Shown here: piece by piece, positions 50,024 through 59,674 of the stretch
Layout: each line of letters begins with the position of its first letter
Position numbering within the stretch: the first letter of the stretch is position 1
Assembly (NCBI GenBank): GCA_963783575.1
Contig: CAWAOD010000009.1
Span: 416,001-480,000 of the forward strand
Direction: 5' to 3'
DNA from: an uncultured Spirochaetota bacterium
GTDB lineage: Bacteria > Spirochaetota > Brevinematia > Brevinematales > JAOACQ01
Length of the DNA stretch: 64,000 nucleotides
Position numbers and translations under genes: made by a program
The notes under the pieces: generated by a model
Databases searched by the model: none
What the model was told of the DNA's origin: nothing
Seen by the model: the letters and a program-made list of their open reading frames with translations, nothing else

Positions 50024-50096
50024 GGGGATGTAGCCAAGTGGGAAGGCTGCGGTCTGCAAAACCGCTATTGAGTCGGTTCGATTCCGACCATCCCCT
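50024..50096 (+). tRNA. tRNA-Cys(GCA), CCA not encoded
   Basis: GGGGATG/CATCCCC acceptor stem, GCGGT-CTGCAAA-ACCGC anticodon arm, GGTTCGATTCC. Confidence 0.93.
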
Positions 50097-50099
50097 ATT

Positions 50100-50222
50100 A
50101 AGATAAAAGTTAAAAGTAATATAGTATTAAGACGATGCGGTTTGGTTCTATAGGCTTACTAAATAAGCTTGCTGGGCTCTTCTTTAAACATCTTATCAAT
50201 TAGTACTTTTAACTTTTATCTT
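50100..50222 (+). repeat. long inverted repeat / hairpin between the tRNAs
   Basis: perfect 19-bp arms AAGATAAAAGTTAAAAGTA / TACTTTTAACTTTTATCTT. Confidence 0.8.
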
Positions 50223-50235
50223 TATACTGTATAAT

Positions 50236-50320
50236 GCCGAGATGGTGGAATTGGTAGACACAAGGGACTTAAAATCCCTCGGGCGTTTAGCCTGTGCGGG
50301 TTCGAGTCCCGCTCTCGGCA
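50236..50320 (+). tRNA. tRNA-Leu(TAA), CCA not encoded
   Basis: GCCGAGA/TCTCGGC, AGGGA-CTTAAAA-TCCCT, long variable arm, GGTTCGAGTCC. Confidence 0.95.
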
Positions 50321-50356
50321 TTTTTTTATACATACCTGACAGCATCAGGAGCATTA

Positions 50357-51529
50357 ATGAAAAAAACTTTGGTATTTATTCTGGTAATAATATTCTATTC
50401 CACAAGTTATCCGATCACTATAAAGCAAATAGATATCACAGGAAATGACAGATCACAGCAGGAAACAATACTTCATTTTTTTTATGAAAATCAAACCAAC
50501 AAAATCTGGACCGAAACTGAATTGGACTCCGCTCTTAAACGCTTTAAAGAAAGGCTTGAAAGGACGGGATGGTATAGCGCAATTGAAATCGGAAAAACCA
50601 TTAACGGTGACAATGCTGAAATTCAGGTCAGTTTAAAGGAAAAATCTTCTTATTCAATATGGGCCGGCAACTTATATCTCGGCTTATCCAAATATGATCT
50701 ATGGGGAAAAGGGAAAGTCATAGAATTTGAAGCAGGACCGATAGAAAAAAAGATTACAATTCAAGACTGGATGTTTAATTATTCGGATGTGTTTTTTTCG
50801 GTTGCGCTTGGCGCTGAGGATTATTATACTTATACATATATAACAAATGCATATAACCAGCAGGAATTGGTAAGGAATGTAGGAAACGCCACAGTAGGCA
50901 CTCTCTTGTTTCCTGATACTTTTATAGATATTAATACCAGGAATTATTGGATCGAAAATACCAATGGAACCAGTATAACTTCATATCATACCGCTGGTTT
51001 GAAGTTCGCTTATGACAGAAGAGCCGGTTATCCCTCCGCAAAAAATGGTGAGAATACCGATATCGGAATTAATTACATCTACCCTTACAATATGGTGCAG
51101 ATTGAAGGATCCGTCCAGTACTACTATGAGTTCATCAAGAATTGGGTGCTGGCAGCCAAATTGCATGCAGGTTATACCTCGGGAGATGTTCCTGTTTATG
51201 CAAAATTTGATCTGAGGACAATCGACGGTTTAAGGACTCTTTCACAATTCAGTGGAATGATCGGCAACGATTGTTACGATATGCATGGTGAAATTAGATG
51301 GGCATTCTGGGATGTAATACCCTTTATTATATTCGATATGCAGCTTGAAGCCTTAGCATTGTTTGACTTCGGGGAAGCCCGCGACAGTATAGGGAACATG
51401 GGAAATCCCCATTACGTTTATGGCGCAGGCCTTAGGATTTATCTCGATGCTTTCTGTGTTAGAGCTGAAGTCGGTATTGATGAAACCGGCAACACCACGG
51501 TATTATCATCCTTTACGCTTCCTTTTTAA
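50357..51529 (+). CDS. single-POTRA Omp85/TamA-like outer-membrane protein
   Basis: signal peptide, I..I.ITGN.R POTRA start, L..TGWY, F.D.G, YGAGLR, C-terminal F. Confidence 0.7.
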   Translation: MKKTLVFILVIIFYSTSYPITIKQIDITGNDRSQQETILHFFYENQTNKIWTETELDSALKRFKERLERTGWYSAIEIGKTINGDNAEIQVSLKEKSSYSIWAGNLYLGLSKYDLWGKGKVIEFEAGPIEKKITIQDWMFNYSDVFFSVALGAEDYYTYTYITNAYNQQELVRNVGNATVGTLLFPDTFIDINTRNYWIENTNGTSITSYHTAGLKFAYDRRAGYPSAKNGENTDIGINYIYPYNMVQIEGSVQYYYEFIKNWVLAAKLHAGYTSGDVPVYAKFDLRTIDGLRTLSQFSGMIGNDCYDMHGEIRWAFWDVIPFIIFDMQLEALALFDFGEARDSIGNMGNPHYVYGAGLRIYLDAFCVRAEVGIDETGNTTVLSSFTLPF

Positions 51530-51544
51530 TATTTTGGAGATCAA

Positions 51545-52255
51545 ATGAATTACAGATTTATAATTATTTTTTTTCTTTTGTTCTTCTTTATTTCCGTTTA
51601 TGCGGAAAATAATCCCTCTTTAATAAGTTTTGAAACTATTGTTGAAAAAGAAGTTGAGGCAGACATTGCAGTTATTAAAATTCAGGTTGAAAAGAAAGAC
51701 AGGAATTTTTCAACTGCTTCTTCAGAGTGTGGAAAAGTTCTGAATTTAATTAAGGAAAAAATGAAAAAAGCCGGAGTTGATGAAAAAGATATAGTAATCA
51801 GAAATTTCAAAGGCTATCCGGATTTCAATTTTTTCGGAAAGGAATATTCGGTAACAGGCTATATTGATATAAAAGTCAGGGATAAAAATAATATTATGAT
51901 TATTTTCCAGGGTATTTCAGATATAACCGATCCGCAAATCAGGGTCAATTCGATTGAATATATTATCGAAGATCCTGACAAATTAAAGAATAATATGGTT
52001 CGGGAAGCCTCTAAAAAAATACTTGAAAAAAAAATTATTTACGAAGAATCGTTTTTCATTAAGCTCCAATTATATTCATTAAATGAAGTCTCATCGGATA
52101 TAGGTTTTAATACTCCTGTTATGAGGAATTTTTCAGTAGGAAAATCTTCTATTCCAGAACCTTCCGCGGAATATATCGCGCCGGATAATCTTATATCGTT
52201 CCCGGTAAAAAAGGTGTATCTAAGACTCTTTGTCAATTTTGAGATAATAAAATAA
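51545..52255 (+). CDS. SIMPL (DUF541) periplasmic protein
   Basis: signal peptide, V.AD.A.I.I.V, GV.EKDI. Confidence 0.7.
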   Translation: MNYRFIIIFFLLFFFISVYAENNPSLISFETIVEKEVEADIAVIKIQVEKKDRNFSTASSECGKVLNLIKEKMKKAGVDEKDIVIRNFKGYPDFNFFGKEYSVTGYIDIKVRDKNNIMIIFQGISDITDPQIRVNSIEYIIEDPDKLKNNMVREASKKILEKKIIYEESFFIKLQLYSLNEVSSDIGFNTPVMRNFSVGKSSIPEPSAEYIAPDNLISFPVKKVYLRLFVNFEIIK

Positions 52256-52264
52256 ATCTATACC

Positions 52265-53239
52265 TTAATAAAATATTTTTCTTCTTACAGAATTCACATC
52301 ATCATTTAGATTAACACCCATCCTGTTGAACGGGTAATACCGGAAAAGCGGTCTTCCGAAAATGTTTTTCCCGGGAATAAAGCCAAAATAACGGCAATCT
52401 TCGCTTAAATCACGGTTGTCACCCATTCCGAAATAGTAATTGTCATTTACTTTCCATTCATCAATTTCTTTTCCGTCAAGATAAATTTTTCCGTTTTCAA
52501 GCGTTGCTGATTTGCCGGACTCTCTTTCGACAAGAAGCTTCAGTAAACCGGTGTAATAATAGTTCCGGTTTGTCAGAGGGATTACATCCCCCTTTTTTGG
52601 TATATAAATTTCATCAAAGTTATAGACCTCCGGGGCATTGACCCTGTTCAGGCGGATCAAATGCTGTACGATCCTGTTTTTCCCATCGTACTTTTCGTTA
52701 AACATATCGAAGTCCATATATCCCTGGATCGCCGATCTTTCATAGACCGCTTCCCTGGCTGTCGTTACATATTCCGTATCGACCGGCTTACGGTTTATAA
52801 TTAAAATCTGGTTTGACATTGAAATTGTATCTCCCGGTAAGCCTATCAGCCGCTTGACAAGGTTTTTCGGGTTGTCAAAAGTATTGTCAAGATTGATCAG
52901 CGAGAGTGTAAGAAGGGAAATTATTTCCCTGGCAAAACCCTGCTTTTTCCATGCAGGGGAAACAAAGGTGATGATATCGTTTCTTTGCGGGCTTAAAAAG
53001 CCCGGAATTTTCTGGTTTATAATTGGAATCCTTGATCCCATTGTCACTTTCTCGATCATCATAATATCGGGAATATTGAGGCTTGGAACCATCGACTGCG
53101 ATGGTATCATATAAGCTTCAATTATGAAAAGCCTTATCACAAAAGCGATCGCGTAGGCTGAAAAGAAGACCTTGATATTATCGATTACTTTTTCTTTAAA
53201 AGTTTCCGGCTTTTTCTTTTCTTTTTTTGTTTTGAACAT
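52265..53239 (-). CDS. lepB: signal peptidase I
   Basis: IPSQSMVPSL, VKRLIGLPGD, MGDNRD.S.D.RY.G. Confidence 0.95.
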   Translation of the reverse strand: MFKTKKEKKKPETFKEKVIDNIKVFFSAYAIAFVIRLFIIEAYMIPSQSMVPSLNIPDIMMIEKVTMGSRIPIINQKIPGFLSPQRNDIITFVSPAWKKQGFAREIISLLTLSLINLDNTFDNPKNLVKRLIGLPGDTISMSNQILIINRKPVDTEYVTTAREAVYERSAIQGYMDFDMFNEKYDGKNRIVQHLIRLNRVNAPEVYNFDEIYIPKKGDVIPLTNRNYYYTGLLKLLVERESGKSATLENGKIYLDGKEIDEWKVNDNYYFGMGDNRDLSEDCRYFGFIPGKNIFGRPLFRYYPFNRMGVNLNDDVNSVRRKIFY

Positions 53240-53265
53240 AATTTACTCCTAAAATTACAATTTAG

Positions 53266-53466
53266 TTATATAGATTTTTCGTAAATAAATACATCTTCCA
53301 CATTGACTTTAAATATACGTGAAATTTTAAATGCTAGCTCCAGCGAAGGGACATACTTCCCGCCTTCAATGGCAATTATTGTCTGGCGGGTCACACCGGC
53401 TTTTTCAGCAAGGGATTCCTGGGTGAGGTTGTTAATTGCCCTGTAAACCTTAATCTTATTTGTCAT
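53266..53466 (-). CDS. XRE-family HTH transcriptional regulator
   Basis: LTQE.LAEK.GVTRQTIIAIE.GKY.PSLELA. Confidence 0.92.
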   Translation of the reverse strand: MTNKIKVYRAINNLTQESLAEKAGVTRQTIIAIEGGKYVPSLELAFKISRIFKVNVEDVFIYEKSI

Positions 53467-53866
53467 TTTTGTCATACTCCCCGTATTTAATACTGTAATA
53501 GAATTGCACTGCAAGGTTGACAAGAAGGAGAAATATGACGGGGTAAATTAATATCATACCGGTTTTCTCAAGTTCGCGGTTACCGGTATTCCTGGCAATT
53601 ACCAGCAGAATAAGAAAAATGGCGATTGAAGATATGAAAAATATATTGAGTGTTGCAGAATCGACTTTCTCATTTATGAATTTGCTCCTTTCATCTTCGA
53701 TCACATTTTTAAATTTATTTTCCAGGATAAAAAGGCAGATTAATCCCGTAAAAGCTGGTATTAAAGCCAGGTAATAGTTTTTAATCAACAGAGATAAAAT
53801 CATCCCGCCAAGCACAATTATGAATATAATTATCAAAAAAATATTGAATATGAATTTTTTCTTCAT
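53456..53866 (-). CDS. DUF2178-like membrane protein
   Basis: 4 TM with DER..I motif; overlaps the XRE gene. Confidence 0.7.
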   Translation of the reverse strand: MKKKFIFNIFLIIIFIIVLGGMILSLLIKNYYLALIPAFTGLICLFILENKFKNVIEDERSKFINEKVDSATLNIFFISSIAIFLILLVIARNTGNRELEKTGMILIYPVIFLLLVNLAVQFYYSIKYGEYDKNDK

Positions 53867-53872
53867 AAACAA

Positions 53873-53932
53873 AGTAACTCCAATTTTACATATTGTAACA
53901 TATATCATACATTATGTCAAGTATGCGATACA
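53873..53932 (-). promoter_or_regulatory. sigma70 promoter (53892-53920) overlapped by three operator-like boxes
   Basis: TTGACA-17-TACAAT; WGT-N12-ACA at 53873, 53894 and 53915. Confidence 0.65.
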
Positions 53933-54024
53933 ATTTTATTTTTCTAATAAAAAATGATGTTTTTGAAAAATATTCCGATAGACTAATGAAAGAGGAGCTT
54001 TGTTCCTACAGGCAGGAGTTTTTC

Positions 54025-54837
54025 ATGAAAAAATGGTTTGTAATATTATTTATAATGTTTTCAGGCATTGTTTTCGGAGACGATTTTGTAATCGACGAGC
54101 CTTCATCACCCGGACAATCACAAAATCAGCAGTCACAGTCATCATTGAATAGTGTGCCTGTCAATCCGGCCAGTTATTCTCAATCGGCCATCGGATCGGT
54201 TCCCACACCAGATACAATCGGGAAAAATAAATTTTCATCCGAAATTGCTATGTACGATAATGGGGGAATCAATACCAGGCTGATTGTAGGAATCCTTGAT
54301 ATTCTTGATATCGGAATATCGGAAAACTTTGACGGTATGATCGGATATGATAAAATTAATGTAAATATTCCAAGCGCATATATAAAATTTACACTTCTTA
54401 AAAATTACCATAATTTCGATTTGGCAGCCGGTTTCGACAGCTTCGCATACGGTAAGGACGGCACATATTTTTCAACAAACGGAACATCATCGACTATTTA
54501 TGGTTTTTATACTTCGGCCGGTTGGCATTACAGCCTGCTTGGCGGAAACGATACATTTACCTTCGGACTGAGGTTCCCTCTTCTTCCCTCCGATTTCAGA
54601 GATTTCGCTAACACATCGATTTTTGCAGGAGCTTCCGCCTGGGTTTCCAGCTACTTTACCCTGGGACTAACCCTTGAAAATTGGTATGTCGGTAAAAATT
54701 CCAATCTGATATTTCCATCGCTTATAATCTCTTTTACCCCGGTACAGCAATTTAAAGTGTCTATAATAGGGCAGTATGAGATTTATTCCTCAACATTAAA
54801 CAGGATTATTACAATGGGTTATATGACTTCATTCTAG
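54025..54837 (+). CDS. exported, probably outer-membrane beta-barrel hypothetical protein
   Basis: AGGAG SD, signal peptide, Ser/Gln linker, strand pattern, C-terminal F. Confidence 0.6.
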   Translation: MKKWFVILFIMFSGIVFGDDFVIDEPSSPGQSQNQQSQSSLNSVPVNPASYSQSAIGSVPTPDTIGKNKFSSEIAMYDNGGINTRLIVGILDILDIGISENFDGMIGYDKINVNIPSAYIKFTLLKNYHNFDLAAGFDSFAYGKDGTYFSTNGTSSTIYGFYTSAGWHYSLLGGNDTFTFGLRFPLLPSDFRDFANTSIFAGASAWVSSYFTLGLTLENWYVGKNSNLIFPSLIISFTPVQQFKVSIIGQYEIYSSTLNRIITMGYMTSF

Positions 54838-54856
54838 ATCAAGCAACCTGCTTGTT
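54837..54856 (+). repeat. REP-like palindrome, copy 3
   Basis: GATCAAGCA-ACC-TGCTTGTT (compensatory A-T pair). Confidence 0.7.
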
Positions 54857-56096
54857 AACTGAGGTAATTTGCGTTTATTTTCACATAATCGCATGTGAGA
54901 TCTGAAGTCCACATAAAATAATCTTTTCGTCCGATCCCAAGATTTATAATGATTTCGATTTCCGGAGATAGCATCTCGCTGCCAGCCTTGCTTTCATTGG
55001 CATGGTTTACATCGCCGTTTTCAAAAATAACCAGCCCGTTGATTTGGAGTTTGATTTTAGATAATTCAAATTTGGCGCCGGAATAACCGAGAGCAGCAAG
55101 AATCCTGCCCCAATTCGGGCTTTGACCGAAAACCGCGGTTTTGACAAGATATGAATCCGCAACAGCCCTTGCAATTTTTTCCGCATCATTCGCGGTAAGA
55201 GCTTCTTTTATTTCAATGTGGATCAGTTTACTTGCTCCCTCGCCATCTTTGACAATCATCTTGGCAATGTTCTGGCAGACCTTGACAAGGACCTGCTTAA
55301 AAATCATGTACAACTCATTTTCCGAATCAATCTTGACATTCTCCGCCAGGCCGTTCGACATTAGAAATACACTGTCGTTCGTGCTGGTGTCGTTATCCAC
55401 ACTTATCCGATTGAATGAAAGTCCAACAGCCTCGTCCAGTGCCAGAATAAGCATTTTACTTGATATGGAAACATCCGTGGTTATAAATACAAGCATTGTA
55501 GCATGCAAGCCGCCCGGAGATATTGTTTCCATATCCGGTTTTATCATACCTGCGCCTTTAGCAGTGGCGCCAATCCTTACCTTTTTCCCGTTAAGCTCAA
55601 ACTCGTACGCAACATTTTTCATTTTTTTATCGGTAGTCATAATGGCATTAGAAAAATTTCTGTAATCATTTTCAGTATGGATAAGTTTACATGCTTTTTC
55701 AATTCCATACAATACCCTGTCCATAATGAGTTTTTTTCCTATAACTCCCGTTGATGCCACCATAACAGAGCCCTCGGAAAGAGAGAGGTTTTTTTCTACC
55801 ATCCCGGCCATTTCATCAGTATTTTCATCGCCGGTTTTACCGGTAAGGCAATTGGCGTTGCCGCTGTTTACCACAATCGCGGATATATTATTTCCGCACC
55901 TCGAAATATCAAAAGAAACCGGAGCAGCTTTGACTTTATTTTTTGTAAACGCACACGCTATTTCACATGGTGTTTCGGAAAGAATCAAACCCAGGTCTTT
56001 ATAGCCGCCATCCTTAAGTCCGCAAGAAATCCCGGTTGCCCTGAAACCATGCGGTTCAGTAATTCCCCCTTCCAGAATCCTCAATTGCAGCTCCAT
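54855..56096 (-). CDS. argJ: bifunctional ornithine acetyltransferase / N-acetylglutamate synthase
   Basis: NSGNAN..TG, STGVIG, IMTTD, KGAGMI.P, ATML, STND, DGEGA, NWGRI. Confidence 0.96.
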   Translation of the reverse strand: MELQLRILEGGITEPHGFRATGISCGLKDGGYKDLGLILSETPCEIACAFTKNKVKAAPVSFDISRCGNNISAIVVNSGNANCLTGKTGDENTDEMAGMVEKNLSLSEGSVMVASTGVIGKKLIMDRVLYGIEKACKLIHTENDYRNFSNAIMTTDKKMKNVAYEFELNGKKVRIGATAKGAGMIKPDMETISPGGLHATMLVFITTDVSISSKMLILALDEAVGLSFNRISVDNDTSTNDSVFLMSNGLAENVKIDSENELYMIFKQVLVKVCQNIAKMIVKDGEGASKLIHIEIKEALTANDAEKIARAVADSYLVKTAVFGQSPNWGRILAALGYSGAKFELSKIKLQINGLVIFENGDVNHANESKAGSEMLSPEIEIIINLGIGRKDYFMWTSDLTCDYVKINANYLS

Positions 56097-56108
56097 AAAT
56101 ATCTCCTT

Positions 56109-57131
56109 TTAAATCAAGCCCTCTGTTTCCTCAATACCGGACATCACATTAAAATTCTGTACTGCGGAGCCGGCTGCGCCTTTAACCAGGTTATCAATAA
56201 CAGAAACTATTATCAAGTTCCGCGAATCGCTATCGTAAGCGGCTCCAATGTAATTATAATTAGTATGCGCTACCCATTTCATCTGGGGAAGGGTGTTTTT
56301 AAAAACTTTAATAAATTGTTCATTTTGATAAAATTTGATTAGGGTTTCTAAAACATTTTCTATTATATTTTTATCTGAATGTATATAAATTGTACTTAAA
56401 ATTCCCCGGTCAATGGGCATAATATGCGGTGTAAAAGCGGCAGCAACATTATTCCCCCAGGCAAAGTTCAACTCCTGTAATATTTCCGGCTTATGCCTGT
56501 GGGTGCCTATTCCGTATGCATAAAAATTTTCATTCAACTCGGAAAAAACCGATGGAATATCAGCTTTCCTTCCCCTTCCTGTAAATCCCGATTTTGAATC
56601 TATAATTATATTTTCCGGCTTTATTATTTTTTTCTTCAATAAAGGAATAAGAGGAATCAAAGCGCTTGTCGGATAGCATCCCGGATTGGCTATCAGACGG
56701 GCGTTTCTTATAGATTCCCTGTATATTTCCGTCAGGCCGTATACCGCTTCCGGAATAAGCTCAGGAGAAGGATGCGTAAATTTATAAGTCTTTTCAAAAG
56801 TTTTAATGTCCTTGATCCTGAAAGCTGCACTAAGATCTATTACTTTAACGCCGTTCTTTAAATACTTTGGTGCCGAAATTGCAGATGCTTCATGAGGAAG
56901 AGCCAGGAAAACCGCGTCAATATTGTTATAGATTGAATCATCTTTCATAGATAAATAAGCATAATCATGATAATCAATTAACGATGGTTCGAAATCCCTG
57001 ACTTTTACATTTTCATGAGACTCCGATGTGATATAAGAAACTTCCACATCAGGGTGTTTTTTAAGTATATTAAGAAGTTCCAGACCGGCGTACCCGCTCG
57101 CTCCGCAGACACCCACCTTCAATTTTTTCAT
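56109..57131 (-). CDS. argC: N-acetyl-gamma-glutamyl-phosphate reductase
   Basis: [32 protein letters not shown]. Confidence 0.96.
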   Translation of the reverse strand: MKKLKVGVCGASGYAGLELLNILKKHPDVEVSYITSESHENVKVRDFEPSLIDYHDYAYLSMKDDSIYNNIDAVFLALPHEASAISAPKYLKNGVKVIDLSAAFRIKDIKTFEKTYKFTHPSPELIPEAVYGLTEIYRESIRNARLIANPGCYPTSALIPLIPLLKKKIIKPENIIIDSKSGFTGRGRKADIPSVFSELNENFYAYGIGTHRHKPEILQELNFAWGNNVAAAFTPHIMPIDRGILSTIYIHSDKNIIENVLETLIKFYQNEQFIKVFKNTLPQMKWVAHTNYNYIGAAYDSDSRNLIIVSVIDNLVKGAAGSAVQNFNVMSGIEETEGLI

Positions 57132-58213
57132 TCAACAGCCCCAATTCCTTCTCCAATTTTCCCGGCTATGCCTCCAGATGCCGTTGAGCCTCCGAATGTC
57201 GCCGGAATAGCTCCTTCTGCAAGTTTTTTCCGGACCTGCTCGTCAATCTTTTTTAAAAACGGCTGTTTGTCTTCTACTTCTTTGATTAGGTTATCTCTTC
57301 CCTGGGAAATCCTGTCCTCACCGTAAAAATACCATGTGCCTTTCCTCTGGATCACACCGCATTCTATGGCCGCATCAATCAGGCATCCGACCTTCGAAAT
57401 GCCTTTCCCGAAAATAATATCAAATTCCGCCTGTTTGAAAGGAGCGGCCATTTTATTTTTAACAACTTTTGCCCTGACCCTGTTTCCATAATTATCCTCG
57501 CCTTTTTTAAGGGCTTCAACCTTTCTGATTTCTATTCTTATGGAAGAATAAAATTTTAATGCCATACCGCCTGTTGTAGTTTCGGGATTTCCATACACCA
57601 CGCCGATCTTCATCCTTATCTGGTTAATAAAAATCACAGATGTTTTGGTTTTGCTGATAATAGCAGTGAGCTTTCTTAAAGCCTGAGACATCAGCCTTGC
57701 CTGCATGCCCATAACGGAATCACCCATATTTCCATCAATCTCCGATTTTGGGACAAGAGCTGCAACCGAATCAATAACAATCAAATCCACGGCACCGCTT
57801 CTTACAAGGCTCTCAACAATCTCAAGGGCCTGTTCGCCTGTGTCCGGCTGAGAAATAAGAAGATTCTTGACATCAATCCCAATATTTTCTGCATAAACCG
57901 GATCTAGGGCATGCTCAGCATCGATAAAAGCACAAACCCCGCCTTTTTTTTGGGCCTCGGCGATGATACTCAAAGTAAGGGTTGTTTTACCGGAAGACTC
58001 TGGTCCATAAATCTCAGTTACACGGCCGTAAGGTATGCCTCCGATTCCAAGAGCCAGATCAAGGGTTAATGCCCCTGTCGATATTACCGGAATATCACTA
58101 ACTGCAGGCTTATCCCCGAGTTTCATAATCGATCCCTTGCCATATTCCTTTTCAATTTGCGCAATCGCGACCTGTAAAGCCTTTTCCTTTTCCTTATCCG
58201 CTAAATCTGCCAT
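57128..58213 (-). CDS. recA: recombinase RecA
   Basis: [35 protein letters not shown]. Confidence 0.99.
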   Translation of the reverse strand: MADLADKEKEKALQVAIAQIEKEYGKGSIMKLGDKPAVSDIPVISTGALTLDLALGIGGIPYGRVTEIYGPESSGKTTLTLSIIAEAQKKGGVCAFIDAEHALDPVYAENIGIDVKNLLISQPDTGEQALEIVESLVRSGAVDLIVIDSVAALVPKSEIDGNMGDSVMGMQARLMSQALRKLTAIISKTKTSVIFINQIRMKIGVVYGNPETTTGGMALKFYSSIRIEIRKVEALKKGEDNYGNRVRAKVVKNKMAAPFKQAEFDIIFGKGISKVGCLIDAAIECGVIQRKGTWYFYGEDRISQGRDNLIKEVEDKQPFLKKIDEQVRKKLAEGAIPATFGGSTASGGIAGKIGEGIGAVE

Positions 58214-58552
58214 AATCCCCGCCTTATTTTTAATTTTGTAATACATTGATAATAAACGAAATCAGTTTTATATATAAAAAAATAAGCTTGAAGTTTTGTC
58301 TGTCCTTAATCCAAACTTCTAAATTGAATAATCATGAAATCATCAATGATTTTTATGATTACTCAACAAATATTATATAATATTTTACTATAAAGTGGAA
58401 TAAAAAATAATGATTATGTTTTTATTTTTTAAATATTCCTTAACTGATTATTATATTATAATATTTATAAAAAACGGTAGTTTATGATCTTTATAGTGAT
58501 GAATAATTTTTGACAGGAACCGGTGCCGAATTAGTTCCGTTGAATAATTCAG

Positions 58553-58699
58553 AAAACCGGCGTCTTTTAACAAGCGTGCCGCTTGATCCAGGTCAATTCC
58601 TTGCAACTCGCTGCGGTTCCAGTAGAAAATGCTTTCAGTTTTTCTGACTTTAATACCTCGAGGCTCTGCCTCGAGGATTCTTTATCTGACGCCGGTTTT
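58553..58699. repeat. nested inverted-repeat cassette
   Basis: outer 12-bp arms AAAACCGGCGTC / GACGCCGGTTTT; inner CCTCGAGG-CTCTG-CCTCGAGG. Confidence 0.6.
58569..58588 (-). repeat. REP-like palindrome, copy 4 (inverted)
   Basis: minus strand GATCAAGCG-GCA-CGCTTGTT. Confidence 0.7.
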
Positions 58700-58711
58700 T
58701 GGGGGAATATA

Positions 58712-59323
58712 TTAGAATTTTCCGAATTCAAATCTTACTCCAAAGTCAAAGCCGTAAAGATTGGAATCCGTGATACCGTTAAAACTTACCGGTCCGTAAA
58801 TGTAATGATAACCGCTGAAAATTGCCACTCTCATCCATTTTATAATGTTGATTTCTGCTCCAATTTCACCCTCAAGCGAGAAAAATGACATCATATTAAT
58901 ATTATGATTATCATGACTATAATAACTTCCGTTTGTAACTTCACTGGCGCCTCCTGCCCCGATGATCGTTTTAATATAGGGGTGAATAACATTTTCGGGA
59001 GCATATATATAACCCAGTAATAGACCTCCCCATCCCATATAAATACGGCTGTTATTAGTGGAGTTTAATGGAGTTACAACTCCTTTCCCTTCACCGCCGA
59101 TAATAAACTGATGGTTAATAATCATTCCTCCTTCACCTCCGGAAATATAACAAACCTGGTTGTTCATATAAATACCCTGAAAAATGGGTCCTCCGTATCC
59201 GCCCAGAGATAAATCTTTATTGTCAAATAAGGTATTCGGTTCATACCTGCTGTTAAGATTATCTTCTGCGAAAATAAGAACCGCAAACATAACTAAAATT
59301 ATAATTATGTATAGTCGTTTCAT
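58712..59323 (-). CDS. exported outer-membrane beta-barrel-like protein (paralog of 3225-3842)
   Basis: shared GGY, G.IINH..IIG, GWGGL.LGYI..P...IHP.IK, FG.F terminus. Confidence 0.7.
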   Translation of the reverse strand: MKRLYIIIILVMFAVLIFAEDNLNSRYEPNTLFDNKDLSLGGYGGPIFQGIYMNNQVCYISGGEGGMIINHQFIIGGEGKGVVTPLNSTNNSRIYMGWGGLLLGYIYAPENVIHPYIKTIIGAGGASEVTNGSYYSHDNHNINMMSFFSLEGEIGAEINIIKWMRVAIFSGYHYIYGPVSFNGITDSNLYGFDFGVRFEFGKF

Positions 59324-59362
59324 TTTCTTCCTCCAAAAATAAATTCTTTCTTATTAAATATC

Positions 59363-59377
59363 GCAATTCTTATGCCA
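59363..59377 (-). promoter_or_regulatory. sigma54 (-24/-12) promoter
   Basis: minus strand TGGCATAAGAATTGC = GG-N10-GC. Confidence 0.8.
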
Positions 59378-59674
59378 CAATTAAGATCAATAATACCTTT
59401 GTTCAAAATAATTGCAGGATATTAAATGAATAAGGTAAAATAAAAATTTATAAATAATAATTATCCTTTATATTCTAATAGTCCAATTATCATTATAAAT
59501 CCGGTTTGATATATCATTTTTGAAAATATGAAAAAATTCATTTATTTTGGAGAAGTAACTTTTTTTGACAAAAATCCATCATATTAATAAACTTAACAAT
59601 GTTTGAAATAAAAAATTTCCAGCCTTTAATATTTCTAAATAATAATCGCAATATTTTAATTTCCGGGGGTAATT

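Noticed and set aside
24676..58588. The 20-bp repeats as a CRISPR array or integron attC sites
   Set aside because: Dispersed over tens of kb, too short, no spacers, no cas or integrase, no GTTRRRY end
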